DNA of 64,000 nucleotides from Lama glama (taxonomy: Eukaryota), in the NCBI GenBank assembly GCA_028534125.1, contig CM052818.1:16928001-16992000 (forward strand). The letters run 5' to 3'. Positions 25,432 to 38,679 of this stretch are shown here, in pieces. The first letter of the stretch is position 1, and each line of letters opens with the position of its first letter. The notes beneath the pieces are model-generated. The model was not told the origin of the DNA. It ran no database searches and was given only the letters and a program-made list of their open reading frames with translations. Made by a program: the position numbers and the translations under genes.

Positions 25432-27479
25432 TTGTTTTCATATTTATGCTTTGCTGAGAATCAATGATTGCTTTTTGTTTTTAGTTTGAAGATAATCCTC
25501 ATATTAATTAATAATTTAGAAACCCTTATGCATAGTTTTCTGACACATTCCCTTGGGCCATAATCATTTTATGGGATGGAAACTTGACTCACCAATAGGC
25601 CTAGTAAATGAGCTTCAGTCTGCCTTGGAAAGAATTCTCATCCTGGAAGAGATCACACTCATATTACCTGATGGTCTTGGAAGCATAGCTTTGTGATTAG
25701 TTTGGTGAGAATAGATAAGTGAGAGCTTTCAAAAGTGTTTTAGTTTTTACTTTATGACATGCAGTTGATCTGTAAGACCAGTATAGACAAAAGGGGGGAA
25801 AAAGACTATATTACTCTGGAGACAGAAACAAAGAAATAGCAAGAATGTCACCAACCTAATTCATTTCTGAAGGTTAAAAAAAAAAAGCCAGAGTAATGGT
25901 TATTTTAAAATAGCTCCTAAGAAAGAAGATATAATCACCCTTTGTATTTTGCTCTTTAATTAATAAAATTCCAGTGATCAAATGATGGATAATCCTTTAG
26001 CTTTCATTAGCATCTAGATTTGGTCTTTCAGCTAATTAATCTTGGTGACTAGAGAGTCAGCCATTAAGTAAAGGTCGGCAGTTCTAAGCATCATGGTTGC
26101 AGCTTTGCCGTGAGACGACATGAAGCATAAGGAGAAGGGAACCCAACACACCTGAATTTAGGAAAGGGGCATTTGAACTGAAGTGTTGGGTCTGGTCCTT
26201 CTGTTTGTTAAACTATTTCTGCCTTTCTGCCTCTTATTTTAGTTTTAGAGAAACTTGAAGTTCTCAGATGGATAAGAACCTCACTAACCTCCAACTGCAG
26301 ACCCCGGTCGCCCCTATAACAAACCAATTCAAGAGAGCTGTCTATTCCATTCAAAAAAGTACAGAGATTCCTTCATGCTAGAGAATGAAAGTAAGTGCCA
26401 TTCTCTTTGCTGCCCATCTCCCTTGTGAGCATGTCAGGAGATGTTATGGGCTGATATTGGAAAGAAGTTCCAGTTCTTGGGAATAGTGAGACCTCAAATG
26501 TTGCATCCCCTGCATCTAGTCCTGTCCCCTTCAGCTTTTTCTTGGGCATGCCCCGTGAGAGACCGTCGGTGCTTGGGCACCATTCCAGTGACAAGATAAT
26601 TGGTAGGTTTGCCTGGTGTTACTCTACCGTGAATATATTTGTGTATTATTTGTGTTATTCAGGTAGTCCTCTACTCAACTGTATTTGATTAAGTGCTTTG
26701 TTGAGAACTTTTTTAAAAGAGATATACTGTTATGTGTAATGAGAGATGTAAGACCTTTTCTGTATTTCTGTAGCGTTAAGTTCTTTGCTTATGCCAAGTC
26801 TGTCTGGTTACAACACCGCTATTAGTCTGCTCTCTTTTTCTTGCTGCACTTTTCCTTTCCCATACCCTATTTTACTTTACTTTACTCTTCCATAGATGTC
26901 ACCTTTTACGTGCTGGTCTGTGTCTGTGCCATACCCCTTTCTTTACTGATTCAATAACTGTTTCTACTTAACTCGGGTCCCTGAACCTGGACTGAGGGTT
27001 CCCTCATTTCTGTGGAATCCTGTTACTCAGTGTACTTCTCTGCACGTGTAAGAGGCACTACTTTTCTCCACCTACTAACACTTAAATCCAGAAATCCTGT
27101 CATTCAGTAGGAAAAAGATTTGACTTCAGTGTGTCACCAAGAAAACCATCCCATTTAGAAACAAAGCAGGGTTTCTCACATTAGGATGCCATGCTCCTTT
27201 TCTTCAAAATACTCTTTAGCCACAGCAACACAGCCATTTCTCAGACTGCCAGCCGAAGATTAGGCTTTCAGGTTTAACACATAAATATGCAACAGGTATA
27301 GATTATTCTTAACATGACATAATACTCATTGATTTTATTAGGAACCAACAAAAAGTGCTCTGAGGGGGAAAGTAAAAAAAAAAAGTATCTACACTTCCAA
27401 CACTGCTAAATCTTGATTTTGTGTCCTAAGCTTTTTATGTGTATAATGTAAACCAAAAATTTTGAGATCTTGTCGATCT

Positions 27480-27730
27480 TAACACATCAGAATATTTTTC
27501 TTTCACTAACATTTAAAAAAAATTAACTTCCTATTCTTTCTGAAATTATATTAATACGCCTACTGTTTTTACTGTCGTTGGATATTTGGGTGTTTTTTTT
27601 TCCCCCCAAAGCTTTGCCTTTCTAAATAATTCTGCAGTGATCACCCTTGTTCAGAAAACACCGTGTTTCTTTAGGATGTGAATTAATAAGATAAAGGGTG
27701 TGAATATTTTCAAGCTCTTGATAAATAACT
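27480..27730 (-). mobile_element. Old L1ME-like fragment
   Basis: ctgtcgttggatatttgggtgttt...taaataattctgcagtgatcacccttgt...aaagggtgtgaatattttcaagctcttgata resembles an antisense L1ME 3' region. Confidence 0.55.
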
Positions 27731-28837
27731 TTTAATAGATGTTGAAAGTGACTACATTTAACTAGTGGAGTTTTAGTATTTTTCTTGTTTGAGCTCTTTC
27801 TAAATAAATGCAGTTCAGTGCCCTTTAAATGATCATAATTTCTATGCCAGCATGCAGAATGTGCTGTGGTTTACTCTGGGCCTCACTGTCACCCCTGTGT
27901 TTGTGAGATGGAAAGTTTTATCTATGCGTATCGTTTTGTTTTAGGTGGAGCCATACCTAGGGAATAGGGGTGACAGACTCATGATGGATGATTTGGCTAG
28001 CGTCCATTCTCTCATTGCTAAGGAGATAGACAATGCTAGAGAAAGATCCTGTGGGAAGGAAAGAAATGATAGCAAAAAGTGCAGTGAAAAGCCTTGAGGG
28101 TTTTCTGCAGATACCCAGCTCCCAGTTCTGCTCCCGGCTCAGAGCCTCTTCGTGAACATTCAGCGAGGCGAATTAAGTAGGACTCTTCTTTCTTGTCTCA
28201 CCCTGTTCTGTTCCTTGCCATCCATCTAGACACCTTTCTGTCACTTCATTCACATCAAAAGTGACCTTTATTCCCACGTTATCCTGATTTTAGTGCATAA
28301 AAATGTAGTTCATCAGAGTAAAGGTGGCCTCATGGCATGATTCAGCTTCCCTCCAGGCCTGATCCTTCTTTTAGGAAAGGAATCTTTAGAGGGTGACTTG
28401 GCCTAGGATTTAAAAATAATTGAATTATTTCTGCCATTGTTGTTACTGTTCGTTTAGATGTATAGTGTGGCCCAGTTTGAGTGTACCTGATTTTCCTCAG
28501 GGGATTAAAAACATTCTTTCCCCTCAGAGGAAGCAAGAATACCTTCCTTTTCTCTTGGCTGAAAGCCCAACATTTTGTGAGTCTTCATTGGACCCAGAAT
28601 CCAATGCTAAACTTAGTTACAATAGGTAACGAAGATTAAGCCTATCGTTTTTCAATCACAGACTCTTTATGGCCAGTGGGTTTTGCCACCTGAAGAGAGA
28701 AAGAAATAACTCCTTAGGAAGGAGCATGGTACTTCAAAACGAATCACTCTGGTTTTGTGTTTGGTTTGTGGTAAGTGGAATGCAGAATGTTTGAACGTGC
28801 ATTACCAAACTTTTGTGCTCACAAACTGGATTGCAAT

Positions 28838-28955
28838 GTAGTCACCCGTTTTATGGATGAGGAAACTAAGGTTCCAAAGGTTAAGTGGCTTATTGAGGGT
28901 CACACAACTAAAAGTAGTTGGGAGGAGATTCTAGGCTCATTGTATTTGGACAGTG
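28838..28955 (-). mobile_element. MIR SINE core
   Basis: cccgttttatggatgaggaaactaaggttccaaaggttaagtggcttattgagggtcacacaact. Confidence 0.8.
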
Positions 28956-29904
28956 TCATACTATATAAAGTGAATAGGCTATAATGAAGTTTACAGTCAA
29001 CTAGAACATGACTGCACTGGGGCGCTATCAGGAAGGCAGTGGATGGGAGATAGGAAAATAAGCATATTAATCAAGGGAAGGATGAATATGACTGTGAAAA
29101 AGCAGGGAAGATATTTTCCACTGATCTGAGACTAGGTCGATTCCAGAAAGGTTATGGTCGATCTGTGTCAATGGGAGATACTAGTGAAAGTTAACTCGTG
29201 CAGGACAGAAAATGCTTCAGACTATCATTTGGTGGCCTGAACCCTCACAATCAAGATAGAGACTGACAGTTTTTGAAGTGACTTGTGAAGTGAGAGCAAT
29301 GTTTTAAAAATGTCTTGTGTTCAATAAATATCTGACTTTTCAGTAGAAAATAAATTCCAGTTTCTATATAAAAACAACTTGACATTTTTCAGTAATACTT
29401 TTTAATGAGCATTGCTCTGAGCTATAATATAATGAAATTTGCTTAAAATTGGAACAGGCTGGTAATACTTGGCAGAACAAAGAGGCATATGGTAAAACAG
29501 TTGTGATTTATTGGCGAAGGCTTTCAATTTTTGGAAAGCTAGAGGTTTTCGGCATAGTGGGCAGCATCTTGATTTCAGTCCCAAAAAGGAGCCACATCAA
29601 AACAATATGCTTAGATTACACTAGCCTGATACATATTTAAACTATTTTCCCTTTGTACTTATGGTTATAAATACAACCTGTGTTCATACGTCAAAATGAA
29701 ATAGATGAGAAAAATTTCCTGATCATTCATATTCCATACCTATATTTTATTTTATCCCTTCCCACTCCTTTATACCTATATTTTAAATGGCATACAGAAG
29801 ATTGTGGCATTTTTGAGGGCAAGGAATTGATTGTTTGGGGGGATTCATTCTCCTCACTTTTTATTAGTGTAGAACATTGAATTTAGTCTCCTACAAATTA
29901 ACTT

Positions 29905-30020
29905 TAGCTTTTTTTTTATTTTAGTTTTCAGTTTTATTTTACTATAGTAGGAATATTCACATAAGATTTATCCATTTAACAGATGTTTAAGTGTGCAAGA
30001 TAATACTGTTAGCTATAAAC
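29905..30020 (-). mobile_element. Short L1MA/MB-type 3' fragment
   Basis: T-rich tail then gtaggaatattcacataagatttatccatttaacagatgtttaagtgtgcaag...tactgttagctata. Confidence 0.55.
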
Positions 30021-33000
30021 TTATTTTCAATAAATAATAAGAGAATGTGTGTACATTTAAGGTGAACTAGAAGCATATTGTAATAGTAAAATCACTTAGA
30101 AGTGAGATGAGAGTCCAATCGGAAAATCAATGATCCTGCAAGTAGGCCTGATTACCAAAACACCAAATGGCATTTCCTTTGTCTTTTGCAGGAAACGGGC
30201 TATTTTTGTTTTTATAATTTAAGAAATCTCAAATGAATAGTGATGAATCACCTGTCCATTTTTCTTTTATGGCATATTAATTTAGTATGTTTATCTAACC
30301 CATTTATTTTCCTGTGATTTTTTTTTTATTCCACAATTAAACCAGTACATTAATGCCTTTAGGAATTCCCCCAACCCTCAACTTGTCATCATGAATTTAT
30401 TGAAATGTAGCAAATGGTAAAATAACGAGCTGCCAAATGGCTTCCTTTTGGTTTCACTAATTTATGTTTGTGGCTTGTCAGTCACACTCTGTACACAGCT
30501 AGAAATTTGCAGCTGAGGAAAAATTCTCCCACTTAGGGATTACCGTGTCAGACTGCATGAAACACAATATAATCATTTCATTCTTTTTATTCCCCTGCCT
30601 CATCAGTCTCACACAGTTCCCTGAAAACATGCAGTTTTTTTTACTTTAACCTTTGTGGGTACTTATTTCCTTCCCTTTTCAGGTAATCTCTTCTTGTAAT
30701 AGCTTCAGGAGAGCGATAAGAAGAGAAAAGATAACTGGAAATAGTCATAATAATGCTGCTAATAATAATAGTCTATCATGTGAAGCTGGCCCAGAAGTGG
30801 GTGACGGAGTCCCTGAGGTTTCGCTGCCAGGCTGGACTGAAAATCAAGATGTGCACGAGGAGGGGTCAGTTGTTTGCAGACTGTCGTGACGCGGTCGGTT
30901 TCCTTTCTCCTTTTGTGCTGGCCGTAATGGAGAGCCAGCTCGACATCTCATTTGTTTTTGCTGGGAGCCTTCTCTGCTCAACAGGCTCAACACGTCTGCT
31001 TCCCATTGTGATTTCCTCAACACCTGTTCCTCTCCTGCATAGATCAGGAAATCATGAGACTTATACCATCTCAGCCTTATTTTATTCTCTTGTTTTTGTT
31101 CTACAGTCTTAGCCGTCTTGAAAATCCTAACAAAATCTTTTCCTCCCCAAATATTAAAGACAGAGGGGAGAAACTCTACATATATTTCACCAAGTTCAAA
31201 AAAGACTAAACCTCTAAACTTATTAAGCATACAAGTCAATTAACACCAAGATTAAATAATGAAGCTTTTTTGATATGTGCTTTTTCCCTCAGATGAAGCG
31301 TAATAAATAAACCATGTCAGTTATAATAGGATTCAGTTGAGTAGTATTTCTACCAAGAGCAAAGCAAGTAAAGATGTTTTTTTAATTTGAATTGAATGCA
31401 TCTAATTTTCAACTATTGCATTGCTTAATTTGGGGGCACTTTTAAGGAACACAGACTTACTTGTCTCACATGTTTTAAACAAATTGTAGAGGATTAGAAA
31501 TTGCTAAATTATTACCAATTCTTTCTACTCTTCAGAAGATTCTGAGCGTTGCAACAACCACTGAATTGTCAATGCCTCTGGATCCTGGAATAAAATAAAA
31601 TGGATGGCTTGGGAAAAACCTGCTATTTGTTCACTTTTATCATGGTGTGGTGTTGTATTTAATAGGCCTTTAGTTGAATACACATAATGGGAAGAAATCT
31701 GTTCTGAAATTTAAATTAATGAAAGCTTTTCAAAGTGGCTTCCAAATAAAAAATTTAGGCTTCTTTTCAGAGCATGGATAAGGATGGGAATTCTGATTAG
31801 CCACACAATGCTGAATGCTTCGTGATTCATCTCTACAGATCAGCAGTTTGAAATCCTATAGTTAGCATTGGGTGCTCTCCAGTAAGATTTTATGAACATC
31901 AGCTTAGTATTTGGCAGAATTACAATGTCAGTTGTCCAGACATCATTTTTCTCAATGAGCACATGTTTATATGTTAAATAATCGCAGAACCAAATCAATT
32001 ACAATTTTATTTCCATTGTCAGAGGTTAATACCCTGTACCACCACTACCAGCATCAGAAGGCTAAGCGTTGTGATCCTTGGGACAAAACGAATAATTGTG
32101 CAAATGGCAATGATAGGCACGCCAAAGAATTGTTGTTTCTTGAGGATTTGGATGCTTTTTTACCTGTTGTTATTTTTTCTGAGTTTATGTTTTTTGGCTT
32201 ACTTTGTAAAATCATTCAGTTACATTAAGACTAACAATACTAAAAGGGAGCTGTTTGAGTCTGAATCGACACTTGTAACAACCTCTATAAAATCCAGCAC
32301 TTTAAGAACTTCTGTGCTCAGGGTAACTGTTCTGAAGTCGACAGGAAGGGTTTAATTTCAATAGTAACTATTTCCTGGTTCTTATTATTTACCAGGCACA
32401 GTGCTGGGTGATACAGAGTGTACTTGACTTTAGCCCTCAAAATAGGTCTGATGGCTCCTTCTCTTAGGCATCCTGAAGAAATGACACCTACAGAAAGCTG
32501 TGCTTAAGTGAGTCATGTTCTAAGTCCATCTTTTATCTGGAAAATGGCTCATTGGATTGCATGATTATTTTTCCCTCTCCTTCCTGGCCAAGAGCGAGCA
32601 AGCTTTTAGAAAGCTGAGGAGAGATTCTTCCAGTCTCTGTTGCTGGAGCCATAATTACAACTGGGGATCCTGCACCCCTTCCCACACCTTTGCACACTCA
32701 AGGAGCACTGACCACGTGCTGTCCCAAGCCTGTACCTACAAAAGGTGGTATGTGGGGTGGAACCTGTTGATGCTCTGAGAACTGCAGCTTCTTGCATGTT
32801 TTCTGGCAGGCTTTTGTTAATTCCCATGCAAGGCTGTTTGACTTCTACAAACAGCTGGGTTCTGCTGCCATCACTTGGAAGTTTGTTTCCCCCCGTGTCT
32901 GTGCGAGCCCTGCTTTGGGAGAAGATGGAATCAGGCCCTAGAGAATTCTTTAAGAGAGTGTACTTTGCACTCAGGGGAAATACATTTATTTATCCAAGTC

Positions 33001-34249
33001 ACAATTGCAAATGTATACAGTAGTGCTCTATGGACTAAATATTCAGGTAATAAGCTCTTATTTATTCAAAGCTATGAAAACAGTTCTATAGAGGTGATTG
33101 AATGGTGCATGGAAAACATTAAATCCAAAACCAGCCTGCCATCTCTGTGTAAGTGTTAAGGCTTTTACAGACTTAGCTTTGCACAGGTGGCTCATCTCTC
33201 AGAACCTTCAGGGGACCTTAGATGCTACCTGTGCCACTGTCATCTCTCCCCTTCACTCTCTTCTTAAATTGGAATGTCTTCTTTTGTCTTGCTTTCTCAA
33301 AATATGTTCTTGTTGTGTAGCAAGCTATTAAGAAAGAGTAAACGTAACAAGGAAAAGGCCAATCCCATAAGCATTGTTCATGAGGGAATATGCATCCTGG
33401 ATGATGCCGTCTATACATTTTGCTTTAGTGAACATAGCTGTTGAGCATGACATTCTGAACATTTATTCCCTTTAAACGTAGAAAGGTGAAATTTGCTTTT
33501 AATTTAATGGAAATCTACATTCCCTTAGACTAGCTAATTGATACCTGCTTGGGTACTTCAGTGGTGGCTAGAAGCACCGCTTGTCCAGGAATTTCAGTGG
33601 TGGTGCTAGAATAAGGAAACATTAAAGCAGAGTCGGAAACTCAAACACTGCTGAGCCAGGCAGGAAAGGCATGTTTTGGTTTTCCTTTTCTTCCCTTCCT
33701 TGCCCCTTTTCTCTGTTTTTCAACATCTAGTGAGCTACCTGTAAGAAAGAGCAGTCATGTTTTAAGTGAAATTTTATTATTTTAAACTAATGGTTAATAG
33801 GTGAAGCAAAAAAAAAATAAAGTAAAACTCTAGAGAAGCAAAAAAAATTTTTTTTAAATGATGGCTGATTAGAAATGGACTCTGAAGCTTATATAAGAAA
33901 CTCGGCCATAAAACAGTATTGGCCTCTGTCATTATCATCTATGATGATCATCGTCATCATCATTATTATTTTAATTTGTATAAAACTTGCCAATGGTTGA
34001 ATATGAACTATAGTGTCTGGTGAGATCTCCTGTCCCAACATATGGCAGGGAGGTCACACTCCCAGTGTCTCCTCAGGTCTTAATTCTGCATATTGACAGG
34101 ATGGAAGACCCAAGCTAACAATGACTGTCAGTGGTGTTAAGATAGAATCTTTCATTTTAAAACCATAAATCTAAGATTGTGCCTATTATCAGTCTCTCTT
34201 ATAAACTTTAAAAATTGAACTGACCGTTTAGTTTGAGAGTGGTGGCAGA

Positions 34250-34410
34250 TAGTATGTGTTCCAGTCCTGTTTCAGCCATTGATTTACTGGGTAACCTTGG
34301 ACGAGTCCCTTACTCTTTCTCAATCTCAATCTCTGAATCTGAATCTCCCTCATTTGGAAAATGAAAAATTGGATTCAAATGACCTTTAAGGTTATTTCCA
34401 GATCTTAAGT
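34250..34410 (+). mobile_element. MIR SINE
   Basis: gttccagtcctgtttcagccattgatttactgggtaaccttggacgagtccctt...ctcatttggaaaatg. Confidence 0.7.
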
Positions 34411-35269
34411 ATTATAATTTCACCAACTAATTCTTCCAAATGGCCGGTTAGATTGATATATCCACTAACAATTATTTATCTGAAGGAACCAGTTTACATT
34501 CAGACTAAAATTGTCATATTATTCCTCTTTTTGAATCTTTTGAAGATGACCATGTTCTCAGTTTTATTTGATGCAGTGATGCTTTGATAGATATTTTATT
34601 TATTCTGAGCCGCTGTTTCCTCCTCCCAAATTGTTTCTGAGGCCAGGCAGCTGCAGGGATTATGCACTAACTTCTGGGAAATCGTCCAGAACAAGAATGG
34701 AATCAGGAAAGGACATAGGATGCCAGTGGGGATGGAGTACTGACCCTTTTCCTCTGTGGCAAAAGGAACAGGATTCAGTGACTTCGAGACTGTAACTTAG
34801 ATCACAGGGCCTCAGAAGTCAACCTATCTAGTTTTCAGTGATGCAGAAAGGTTGGTCATGTCACATTGTCTCGGAGTGGACCACTTCTGAGGTAGCTTGT
34901 AGCATTTTTGGACAACTATAGCAGCAGCTGTCTCAGATAAAATATATGTAAATATAACCACTTTAGAAATCCAATGTAGATCAATATAGATGTTCGATAA
35001 AATACGTGGAAGAAAATCTGAGGATGGGTTGGGAGATTTTGAACAACATAAGATTTAAAGACCAGTTTTTCATAAAGTTATCAATTCCTGGCATCACTGT
35101 CGGTAATGCCTGTTTATCTTGTCTGTCTGTGAGAATGAGCCATCAGGAAGCTTTCTTTGTTGGACTTTTCAGCATTAGACATATTTGCTGTATTCAACTT
35201 CTGCAAAACTGAAACCAGACACTCTATGAGAACAGGTGTGATCTGAAGCAGTATATTGCTCAGAGAATT

Positions 35270-35700
35270 GAAAAGTTGTATATCTGATTGGGGAGGGGGG
35301 GTCTCTTGACTCAACCAGTTAATTATTTTTATTGCCCTACAGGAATTTATAGTTGTCAGTGACAGTTGGGACTCCAATTTGAAGCATTTGCCTAATTAGG
35401 CACATTAGTGAAATAGGTGATTCCGGGTGAGGAGCGATCAATTACTGCAGACTCTTCCAGCTCCCAAACTAAATGTGTCCTAACCAAGGAAACCGAAGGA
35501 GCCTTGAGAACTGTTTGAGGGATTTGGGGATTATTTTTAATTTACCATGGAGCCTTTGTTGTATTGATTATAACTTTCTGTGCTTACGGGGATTAATTAA
35601 TAGGACTAAATATGAAAGGCTGCACACTAATGTCATTAACAGGAGCCATAATTACAGAACATAATTGCCAATAATTCTTCAATGGTTATTTGGTAATCAG
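35270..35700. promoter_or_regulatory. Candidate developmental enhancer (homeodomain/MEIS/SOX motif cluster)
   Basis: Repeat-free; palindromes TGCCTAATTAGGCA and ATTAATTAAT, inverted TGTCA-g-TGACA, CCTTTGTT and many TAAT cores. Function is inferred only. Confidence 0.45.
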
Positions 35701-35874
35701 ATTCTTTTGAGGTTAAATGAGAATCAAATAGACATTTTATTCATAGAGATATTAGCAGTCCAGTAGTGCGTGATCACACTTGTTGGTTAACCTCCTCGCT
35801 GCCGCACACTGTGCTGAAGGAGGCCTGTGGTATTTCCAGGATTGGTTGGGTGGAGTCTACAGGGCCCGGATGGG

Positions 35875-36105
35875 GTGCTGGGTGGAAGTATGGCCTTTGG
35901 AGTTAGAGAAACGTAGACTCTAGCCTTGGTCATGTTACTTACCAGATGTGTGACCTCTGACAACCCAGCAGCTCCTACCAGACCTCTGTTTCTTCGTATC
36001 AGTATGGGCAATGCCTAGGTGATGACGTTGTTTTGGAAATTAAGTGAAATAATGCTTGTGAAATCTTTAATACCATGTGTGGGGCATAGTAGGTGCAGTT
36101 CAAAC
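35875..36105 (+). mobile_element. MIR SINE
   Basis: ggcctttggagttaga...acttaccagatgtgtgacct...gaaattaagtgaaataatgcttgtgaaat...gcatagtaggtgc. Confidence 0.75.
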
Positions 36106-36164
36106 TAGGAGGCTGCTTGTGTCCATAGCAGAGGTGATGGTGTCCAGCAGCAGCCAGGACACTG

Positions 36165-36395
36165 TTGGTGATACGGAGGAAGCAGACTTTTGGGCTCACA
36201 TCCCGTAAACTCCTCTTGGCCATAAGCTTTGGGTACATTGCTCAACTGCCCTGTGCTTTAGTTTTCTCTCCTGTAAAGTGGTGCTAATTTGTCTACCTGA
36301 TAGGGTTGTTCACAGGATTAAATGAAATAATATGTGTAAAGGGATTAGAAGATTAGCACATAGCAGCATGGGTTTTATTACTGTTGTTATTATTA
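36165..36395 (+). mobile_element. MIR SINE (second copy, same orientation as the preceding one)
   Basis: gggctcacatccc...ctgtgctttagttttctctcctgtaaagtgg...ctacctgatagggttgttcacaggattaaatgaaataatatgtgtaaag. Confidence 0.8.
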
Positions 36396-38057
36396 TGCAT
36401 AGAAAAGCTCATTCATGAATGGTGAAGTAGAGAAAATCACCAAAGAGAACAGAATCTTGACTTGCCTCAAGAAGAGTTATTTAGTAAAGTCTGTTAGAAG
36501 GAGAAGACTACATACATTAGGCGTGGCCTCGCTGGCTTTGAAGTCAGAACCAAACTTGGAATTCCACCATCTACATTGGCTTGGGGTGAGATGAAATAGA
36601 CTTGAAAGAGGACCAAGGAAGGAGATGGAACCTTCAAAAATCCAGCTGACACAGTTGATTATCTATGTTGTACTAAGAATAAGAAAAAAAAAAAAAGCAA
36701 GAAAGAGGATATCTGTTTCCATCGTACATGCACTAAGAAATCTGTAGGAATTGTGGAAATAACCCCCTGAATATGAACATTCTTGGCTGCCTTCTTGTCC
36801 TCCCATTTGCCTGATCCTTCCCACTCCTATCCCAACTGCTGGGAATATACCAGGTAAACTCTATTAAATGCCAGGAAGGAAATTATTTGGACAGACAAAC
36901 TAGAGGTCAGGGGCCTGTGTCCCAAGCCACTTCTGAGCTGTAGTCATCTTTTTATGATTTCTTTGCAACCTAAATAACCTGTTACATGCCCTCTAATGCC
37001 AGCCTGGGTCTTGCTTAATCTAATGATCTGCTCTGAACACAGAGCGTAGGAGAGAAGTCTATGGGTTGGGCTCATTGGTATACTTTAATACATTTCCTGG
37101 AATTCATTCTCCTTGCTTTAAACAGACGTGTGAGCAGTCTCCTGCCACCCTGAAAGGGTTAAGGAGGCTAACCAGAATTTTCGCTATTCCCCGTATCTAC
37201 CTTTTTTTTTTTTTAATTCTGCTTTCAACCCACTGCCTTCATCTGTCTTCTCCAACAGGTTATTGATCAGCTCTTGAAATGGTCTTTCTCATTGCTAGAC
37301 TCTCTCTGCAGATACTGTAGGAGTGGAGGAGAATATGGTCCTGCCCTTGAAATGCACTTATTTCAGATCTGAACATTAAGAGCCTCTGATAAGGGAGATG
37401 ATGCTTAGCAACCCTCTAGTGGCCAGTGAGGCCCCAGCCAACAGCAAGGAAAAAAGGGAAGCCCGCCCCCAGTCTCTGCGTGGACTGTGTTTCAAAAGTC
37501 CCTTTGTGAACTAGTTGCTTGAAACTCTGATGTCTTTTTTTCGTTGATAAAAACCGGCTCTCGGAAGTCTTCTTAACCCTTGATGTCCCTGAGGCAGGGA
37601 GTATTGTACAACAACCATATTAGAGCGTTGTCACCTGGCATATTAATTTAGACATGGCACAGTCAATTTAGAAATGTAACTTTGGTTGCTGAGAAGACGT
37701 GTTGCGGTCAGAAACTGAATGGGGTTCTTTCATCTTCCAGTCGCTGTTGCATACTTTTGTGATCTGAGCAGAAAGGAAGGGATCCTGTCTTTTTGCCTAG
37801 ATATTTCTTAATCGTCACCATATTTCCCACCACCATCTGTTAACCCTTTGGTGAACCGAGACACAATGGGCTATGCCAAGGCAGAAAGAGGAAGACCAGG
37901 TTCAAGTTAGATTTGAGTTCCTTAATGGAAAGAAAAAAAAAATGAAGGGAAAAGAATGAAAGGAATGGAAGGCACTTATTTGCAATGGCATCTGTGGAGG
38001 AGAAAGTTAAGGCAGTTCCTTTAGACTCCCGGGGGCAGCCATAAATGTAAAAATATC

Positions 38058-38295
38058 TATGATTTACTGAGCATTTACCATGGACCACACACTGTGCTGG
38101 TTTTTCACTTGCATTATTTCATTTAATCCCAGCAATAACAGCTTCATATAGATACCATTATCACCTTCATTTTATGGATAAATAATAGTGATTTAGACGG
38201 ATTAAATATCCTGCCCAAAGTTGCACAGCTGGCAAGTGATGGAGCTAGGATTCCATCATGCTGCTTGGATTCTGAAGCCTGTCTGATTAACTATG
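38058..38295 (-). mobile_element. MIR SINE, near full length
   Basis: atttactgagcatttacc...ttatttcatttaatccc...ttcattttatggat...ctgcccaaagttgcacagctggcaagtgatggagctaggattc. Confidence 0.85.
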
Positions 38296-38679
38296 ATGCT
38301 GCGTGCCTTACAGCCGCATACTCGGTTGAGGAGTGCCTGCCCATGGTTGCTTTTCATTGAGAGGACAAGATGTGATGCACGAAGCAGTGAATACAGAAAT
38401 GTCAAATGACTGAGTTGGAAAATTATGATTTAGTTATAATTCTTTGATACGGGAAAAACTCCTTTGTATGCTTTTACTACAATAATTTTGATAGCAAATT
38501 AATTTTATCGTGCACCACTCCATGCTGCCTTTAACAGTCCATGCCAAACATGCATTTAATTTTGCAAGAAAATAACAACAATTTTTCGGTTTCATAACTA
38601 TAATCATATCAGTATGAATATGTCTTCATAATCTAAAACTCAGTGCAAGACAGTTATTTAAAGAGGTAACACCTCTACT

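Noticed and set aside
24865..25467. Long ORFs spanning N runs (also 46856-47697)
   Set aside because: Artefacts of translating assembly gaps as X.
27945..28097. Acceptor plus frame VEPYLGNRGDRLMMDDLASVHSLIAKEIDNARERS...
   Set aside because: No donor or homologue recognised; insufficient support.
33557..33850. Short direct repeats (ttcagtggtgg(tg)ctagaa twice; gaagcaaaaaaaa twice)
   Set aside because: Two copies only, consistent with local slippage or duplication; not an array and not CRISPR-like.
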